From Bdellovibrionota bacterium (GTDB taxonomy: Bacteria > Bdellovibrionota_C > UBA2361 > JAAYZI01): a stretch of 64,000 bases of DNA. The stretch lies in assembly GCA_050950765.1 (NCBI GenBank), contig JBMNIF010000002.1, forward strand, positions 694,157 to 758,156, given 5' to 3'. Positions within the stretch are counted from its first letter, which is position 1. The number at the start of each line of letters is the position of its first letter. Of the stretch, positions 58,977 through 64,000 are shown piece by piece. The notes beneath the pieces are model-generated. The model searched no databases, was not told the origin of the DNA, and was given only the letters and a program-made list of their open reading frames with translations. The translations under genes were made by a program, and so were the position numbers.

Positions 58977-60965
58977 ATGAATGATCTGATACGGGCAGAA
59001 ACCGTTAAAATAAAGGAAAAGACATTAGTCAGCGTTAGGTTATGTCTGCTGGCAGGAGCTTTGATCTCTGCTTCATTCTTTCAATTTACGGTTTATAAAA
59101 AATTTCCAGAATTGAGCGATCTCTTCTCACGTAGTGTCCTGTGTCTTGTTACCTTTATGATATTTTCGTTAATCTGGATCTCTTTAAAAAAGACAAGCAC
59201 TACTTGGATCCTCCTTGCAACAGTGATCGATATTTTTATTGTGACGGTAGCTGTTTATTTAACAGGTGCTTCTATCAGTCCGTTACTTGTTTTGTATCTT
59301 CCGCTCTTAATGGGGTGTGTAATATTAACTTCAAGAAGATGCGGTTTTATTGCCGCAGGAGTGGCACTTGGCGTATATGCTTTATTACTGATAGCGATCT
59401 CTTATAACCTTTTACCGAATGATGGAGGGTCTGAAATTGCTTTAACAACGGGGCTGCTTTTACAGTTTTTAGGGCTTGCTTTTGCTATGGTGTTAGTTGT
59501 GTATGCAACTGATTTTTTACGCAAAGCACTTTATGCCGGAACTGAACTGGTTGCGCAGCACCAAAAAAATTTAATTGAGCTTAATGCCGCTCAAGAGATT
59601 CTGATCGAAGGAATTCCTGATAGTGTTATTGTTGTAGATAATGGTGGGCTTATCGTAAGGATAAATCAACCAGCTGCTGACCTGTTTTGTGTTGATAAAA
59701 AAGATGCACTTGGTAAAGAGTTTAAAGAATTTTTTACCAAGTGTTTTCCGGATCACGATGATTTTCAATTTGAACTTGGGCAACATGAAGTAAATCTGAT
59801 TGATCTTACAGGAAGAGAGTTTCGTTTTGAGTATTCATTTCAAGCGATATCGAATACAGAGGGAGAAAAGACGGGGGCATTTTATGTTTTACAAGATATT
59901 ACAAAATTAAGATCAGCAGAGGATTTGCTTTCTTTGCAGGAGCGTATGGCGGAGCTTCTTTCAGAGCAGAGAGCTTCAGTAGTAACACATCTGAAACTTA
60001 ATAAGTTTGTCGGAGAAAGTAAGGCCATGCGAGATGTCTTTGAATTGATCGCCCGTGTAGCACCGTCTGAAGCAAATGTGTTGATTAGTGGAGAGTCGGG
60101 AACAGGTAAAGAGCTTGTTGCAAAAGCTATTCATTTAAACGGCAGTCGTGCTACCAAACCGTTTGTAGCGTTAAACTGTGGCGCTGTACCGGAAACGTTA
60201 CTTGAATCTGAACTGTTCGGATATAAAAAAGGTGCTTTTACCGGTGCTGATTCAGATCAGATCGGGATGTTCCAACAAGCAGATGGGGGTACACTTTTTC
60301 TCGATGAAATAGGCGAAATGCCGCTACACCTCCAAGCAAAACTACTACGAGTAGTGCAAGAAAAGAAAGTGCGCATGCTTGGTGCTGAGCAGGAGAAGGC
60401 AGTCGATGTGCGGATCCTTTCCGCTACGAACCGTAATTTGGAAGAAGAGGTTGCAAACGGTCAATTTAGACAAGATCTTTTCTATCGTTTAAATGTGGTG
60501 GCGATAAAAATCCCGCCATTAAGGGAGCGCAAAGAAGACCTGCCGCTTCTAGTTAATTCTATCCTTTCATCTTTAGCTCGTGATGGAGTGATGCCCGTTG
60601 TTACACCTGAAGCGATGAAGTGTTTACTTCATTATGATTATCCTGGGAATGTGCGAGAGTTGGAAAATGCTCTTGAGCGTGCAGTGGTGTTTGGCGGGGA
60701 GGTGATCTTGCCTGCGCATCTGACAGAGTGCATCAGAGAGGCGGCTGCCTATAATAAAAAAAGTGAAGTAGCTGCACTTGAAGAGATCGTTAATGCTGCT
60801 GATGCGATAAAGTTACCTGTTAATCTTGAGGAAGTTTTAGGAGATCTTGAGAAACAGTATTTAGAATCGGCTTTAAAGGCTAGTGCTGGCGTTAAAGGTA
60901 AGGCTGCTGCGTTACTCGGACTTACGCCCAGATCTTTTAGGTACAGGTTGCAAAAATTTGAATAA
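58977..60965 (+). CDS. Membrane-anchored sigma-54-dependent transcriptional activator (TM sensor - PAS - AAA+ - HTH), PilR-like output without receiver domain
   Basis: N-terminal ~190 aa with 5-6 predicted helices; PAS-like region (...EGIPDSVIVVDNGGLIVRINQ...); sigma-54 AAA+ core (GESGTGKELVAKAIH, ...GAFTGA..., ...GGTLFLDEIGEMP..., ...RLNVVAIKIPPLRERKEDL...); C-terminal Fis-type HTH. No REC, HisKA or HATPase motifs seen. Confidence 0.85.
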   Translation: MNDLIRAETVKIKEKTLVSVRLCLLAGALISASFFQFTVYKKFPELSDLFSRSVLCLVTFMIFSLIWISLKKTSTTWILLATVIDIFIVTVAVYLTGASISPLLVLYLPLLMGCVILTSRRCGFIAAGVALGVYALLLIAISYNLLPNDGGSEIALTTGLLLQFLGLAFAMVLVVYATDFLRKALYAGTELVAQHQKNLIELNAAQEILIEGIPDSVIVVDNGGLIVRINQPAADLFCVDKKDALGKEFKEFFTKCFPDHDDFQFELGQHEVNLIDLTGREFRFEYSFQAISNTEGEKTGAFYVLQDITKLRSAEDLLSLQERMAELLSEQRASVVTHLKLNKFVGESKAMRDVFELIARVAPSEANVLISGESGTGKELVAKAIHLNGSRATKPFVALNCGAVPETLLESELFGYKKGAFTGADSDQIGMFQQADGGTLFLDEIGEMPLHLQAKLLRVVQEKKVRMLGAEQEKAVDVRILSATNRNLEEEVANGQFRQDLFYRLNVVAIKIPPLRERKEDLPLLVNSILSSLARDGVMPVVTPEAMKCLLHYDYPGNVRELENALERAVVFGGEVILPAHLTECIREAAAYNKKSEVAALEEIVNAADAIKLPVNLEEVLGDLEKQYLESALKASAGVKGKAAALLGLTPRSFRYRLQKFE

Positions 60966-61091
60966 CTTCAGATAGTATTTTTTAGGTAGTAACGCCGCCT
61001 TTTAAAGCTTGATCGGCGTAACTCTCTTTTTTTAAAGTGAAACACTTTCTTAGATCAAGCTCTTTTACAAAGAAAGAGAACGCTCTCGTAC

Positions 61092-62465
61092 TTATAAAAA
61101 CTTCTTCTTCGGTATTGCACGTAATAACGCCAACATACTTTGTGCTTGATGTGCTTGGTTAATATCCGCTAAGGCTGCTCTTAAAACTTGTTGCGGTATC
61201 TTTTCATCTGAGGTGGAAAGGTTTGGCAGATCTACCTTTAAAGGATCAACGTAGACACCGTTTACAGCAAGACGGAAATCCAGATGAGGTCCTGTTGACA
61301 TTCCTGAAGAGCCGACATAGCCGATCACCTCTCCACGTTCAACGGTATCCCTCTTTTTCAAACCTTTCTTTATCGCTGAAAGGTGCAGATACGCTGTGGA
61401 ATATTTAGCGTTATGCTGAATCTTAATCATACGTCCGGCAGCTCCAGAAAATCCTGCAAAGGTTACCCTTCCTGCTCCGATAGATCTAACAGGGGTACCG
61501 ACAGGTGCTGCAAAATCAATCCCTAAATGCGGACGACGTATCTTTAAAACAGGATGTAGACGAGAATTAGAAAACACTGATGAGATACGGGTGTATTGTA
61601 ACGGATAGCGTAAAAAATAATCTCCGATAGCGTTGCCGTTTTCGTCATAGTAACGTCTTTTTTTATCCTTCCCGATGTAGCTGATGGCAGCGTGTAGCTT
61701 GCCCTTGACGATAATCGAAGCAGCTTGAATAGGACCGACGCTTATGATCTCACCATCTTCCGTTTGTTGGAGTGTGTATGAAACAGAATAGGTGTCTCCC
61801 CGTTGTAAGTCACGTCTAAAATCGATGTCATTAGCGAGTAGGTCTACGAAAGAGTCGATCACCTCATGAGGCACTCCGCGATCAAGTGCATCTTTCGCTA
61901 GAGAGCTTGAGATAGAGCCCGTCACCACTTTTTCTTCTTCTGTATAAACAGGCTCAATGATATTAGGTTTGTACCCGTTAAAAGAATCACCGTCCAGAAG
62001 TAGGACGCGTCCTTTTTCAAGCTTTTTCCGTAACGCTGTAATATCGCCATCAGTAGAGAGTTGTAACTCAATATCATCTCCCGCTTTTACGCAAGAGAGG
62101 GGAAGGTTAACCTCCTTTAAAGCGTTGGCAGCATGAATGGCGCCAGAGGTGTTAACGGTATAACGGGACCAGATGCTAGAGAGGGTGTCTCCTGCTTTAA
62201 CAGGATGGATAATTATTTTCGGTTCTGATGGCAGTGCAGGTGTTAATTCCTCACAAGTGTCCGTTTGAAAAGGTTCAGAGGTATCGTTAAGATCTTCCGG
62301 ATCTTCAGAATCGATCAATAAGTGATCTTGAATGAGATCTTGATTAATCTCCGCGACAATTTTTAGAGGGCTGGCAGGGGCTATATCAAATAGTGACTTT
62401 ACCAAAACCGTCAAAAGAACCACTGCCGCGAGTGAGTTTGTTATAGTTGTCTTTAAATAATGCAT
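61092..62465 (-). CDS. M23/LytM-family peptidase-domain protein with N-terminal OapA/LysM-like segment
   Basis: ...RRPHLGIDFAAPVGTPV... (HxxxD), ...IQHNAKYSTAYLHL..., ...GSSGMSTGPHLDFR... (HLD in place of the usual HxH). Confidence 0.75.
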   Translation of the reverse strand: MHYLKTTITNSLAAVVLLTVLVKSLFDIAPASPLKIVAEINQDLIQDHLLIDSEDPEDLNDTSEPFQTDTCEELTPALPSEPKIIIHPVKAGDTLSSIWSRYTVNTSGAIHAANALKEVNLPLSCVKAGDDIELQLSTDGDITALRKKLEKGRVLLLDGDSFNGYKPNIIEPVYTEEEKVVTGSISSSLAKDALDRGVPHEVIDSFVDLLANDIDFRRDLQRGDTYSVSYTLQQTEDGEIISVGPIQAASIIVKGKLHAAISYIGKDKKRRYYDENGNAIGDYFLRYPLQYTRISSVFSNSRLHPVLKIRRPHLGIDFAAPVGTPVRSIGAGRVTFAGFSGAAGRMIKIQHNAKYSTAYLHLSAIKKGLKKRDTVERGEVIGYVGSSGMSTGPHLDFRLAVNGVYVDPLKVDLPNLSTSDEKIPQQVLRAALADINQAHQAQSMLALLRAIPKKKFL

Positions 62466-62597
62466 AACGACGATGGACTATAACGCAGAGTGAATAAGAG
62501 GACAAGGTGCAATGCAACAAGTTAAAACATCGTTTTGTCGAGATGCTCTAAGTATTGTTATTGTTAGTTTTTATTCTATGGCTAATAATACTTTTTC

Positions 62598-63026
62598 ATG
62601 AGTGGGCGTATAATGGGGATTGATGTTGGAAGGGTGCGGGTTGGCGTTGCTTTTTGTGATCCGTTGGGAATAAGTTGTGCTCCTTTTGATGTATTTCCAA
62701 AGGCGCAAGGGCGGGCAGAGCGATCAATATTGAAACTTATTGATGAAAATAGCGTCAAACTTGTAGTAGTCGGAATGCCTTATAATCAGAGTGGAGAGAA
62801 GACGGTACAGTGTGAAATGGTTCAACATTTCATCTCTAGGTTAGAGCGCCGAGTTCCCTCAGATGTAAAGATTGTTTGTCAGGACGAGTACCTATCCTCA
62901 GAAGAGGCTATTCAGCGGATGGTGGAGCGGGGCATTGATGTGCAGAAACATCCAGTTGATGCTGTCGCCGCCTTAGTTATCTTAGAGGACTATCTCAAAG
63001 AGAATAAGGTGGAAACGAATTTGTAA
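62598..63026 (+). CDS. ruvX: Holliday-junction resolvase-like pre-16S rRNA nuclease YqgF/RuvX
   Basis: ...IMGIDVGRVRVGVAFCD... (RNase H-like fold N-terminus) and ...LVVVGMPYNQSGE...; about 140 aa. Confidence 0.8.
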   Translation: MSGRIMGIDVGRVRVGVAFCDPLGISCAPFDVFPKAQGRAERSILKLIDENSVKLVVVGMPYNQSGEKTVQCEMVQHFISRLERRVPSDVKIVCQDEYLSSEEAIQRMVERGIDVQKHPVDAVAALVILEDYLKENKVETNL

Positions 63027-63083
63027 ATTATCGTCCTTAATATCTTTGATGGTTAGTTTTGTGTTTTTTATGCTCTGTTAACT

Positions 63084-64000
63084 ATGAGAAAAATTGAATT
63101 TGGAATTAAAATTTCGATTGTATTACTGGTTCCCCTTATCGTAGCACTGATCGTCTTTGTGCAGATGCGGCAGATCTTTATCCTTCCTGCGAATGTAAAC
63201 GATAAAGAGGTCGTTCTAGTGAAGGTGAAAAGTGGTAGAGACCTGAAAGAGGTCGGTTCAGAGCTGGTTGAAAAAGGTGTCTTAAAGTGGGCAGGAGTTT
63301 TAAATGTCCTTAAAAAATTCGCCGTTAAGGATAAGACAAAGGTGATAATGGAGGGTGAATATGCCTTCTCCCCAAGCATGACACCGAAACAGATCTTAAA
63401 CAAAATGTTAAATGGAGAAGTTACCTTAAGAAAGGTAAGTATTAAAGCGGGTCTTTCTATCTGGGAGTTGGGAGAGATCTTTGAAGAAGCGGGGATCTGT
63501 TCTAAAAGTGATTTTGAAGCAGCTTTGGGGGACGGTGCCCTTCTGAAGCAATACAATCTCCCTGTGGAATCGTTTGAGGGGTACTTCTATCCAAAAACTT
63601 ATGAGTTTTCATCTTTAGATTCTCCGCAACGTATTATCGGCGTGATGTTGGCAGAAGCAGAAAAACATTGGCCTAAAGAAAATACAGAATCTGCTGATAG
63701 GTTGGAGTTGTCACGCCATGAAGTCTTAACGTTAGCTTCTATTATTCAAAAAGAGGCGAAAGATCCGGATGATTACGGTAATTTAGCATCAGCGCTTTAC
63801 AATCGTAGTACTTACGGCATGAAGTTTGAGTCTGATGAGACTGTTATCTACGGATTGAAAGATTTTGATGGAAACTTTACTCCGGAAGATAGAGAAGAAG
63901 AGCATCCGTATAATACTTGGATCATTCCAGGTTTTCCCCCTGGACCGATCTGTAATCCGAGTGATGTAGCGATCGATGCAGTCTTGACGTTACCGAAGAC
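63084..64000 (+). CDS. mltG: Endolytic murein transglycosylase MltG (YceG-like); 3' end cut by window edge
   Basis: Not in the ORF track (runs off the window). ATG at 63084; N-terminal membrane helix (ISIVLLVPLIVALIVFV) and a YceG-like domain (...FEGYFYPKTYEF..., ...SIIQKEA..., ...HPYNTWIIPGFPPGPICNPS...). Confidence 0.8.
   Translation, partial: MRKIEFGIKISIVLLVPLIVALIVFVQMRQIFILPANVNDKEVVLVKVKSGRDLKEVGSELVEKGVLKWAGVLNVLKKFAVKDKTKVIMEGEYAFSPSMTPKQILNKMLNGEVTLRKVSIKAGLSIWELGEIFEEAGICSKSDFEAALGDGALLKQYNLPVESFEGYFYPKTYEFSSLDSPQRIIGVMLAEAEKHWPKENTESADRLELSRHEVLTLASIIQKEAKDPDDYGNLASALYNRSTYGMKFESDETVIYGLKDFDGNFTPEDREEEHPYNTWIIPGFPPGPICNPSDVAIDAVLTLPK

Noticed and set aside
63068-63556. 162-aa minus-strand ORF
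   Set aside because: It lies antisense inside the plus-strand mltG gene, which has clear YceG-family motifs; the plus-strand gene is missing from the track only because it runs off the window.
1-64000. tRNA or rRNA genes in intergenic regions
   Set aside because: Scanning intergenic stretches over 150 bp found no cloverleaf-compatible segment with a GTTCGAATC-like T-arm and no rRNA-like conserved blocks; none reported.

Overview
This 64-kb window reads as a chromosomal segment from a diderm bacterium with moderate-to-low GC, and its gene content is mostly conserved housekeeping and envelope functions. All calls come from reading the supplied translations and the raw sequence by eye; no database search or computation was run, so family names rest on remembered motifs. 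Recognisable genes include purM (partial), a TldD-like protease, a SulP permease, cysK, a GldA/GldF/GldG-like ABC system, PBP1A, gatCAB, a PpiD-like chaperone, ilvD, mntP, mfd, an amino-sugar trio, engB, rpoH, ruvX and mltG (partial). A type IV pilus set is split in two: pilT-pilU at 36.9-39.2 kb and pilB-pilC plus a sigma-54 activator at 56.0-61.0 kb. The best candidate for an undescribed system is a six-gene, translationally coupled operon at 39.4-45.8 kb, directly downstream of pilT-pilU, encoding four membrane proteins, an actin-fold (hydantoinase/GlmL-like) ATPase and a beta-rich soluble protein. Other accessory content: an AT-rich islet (about 5.9-10.3 kb) where a gamma-class N6-adenine DNA methyltransferase gene is cleanly split by a 1,847-bp IS with 7-bp target duplications; a 694-aa internally duplicated Cys-containing protein; a membrane-anchored sigma-54 activator with no receiver domain; and at least four independent short tandem-repeat arrays. 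No rRNA, tRNA or CRISPR array was seen.
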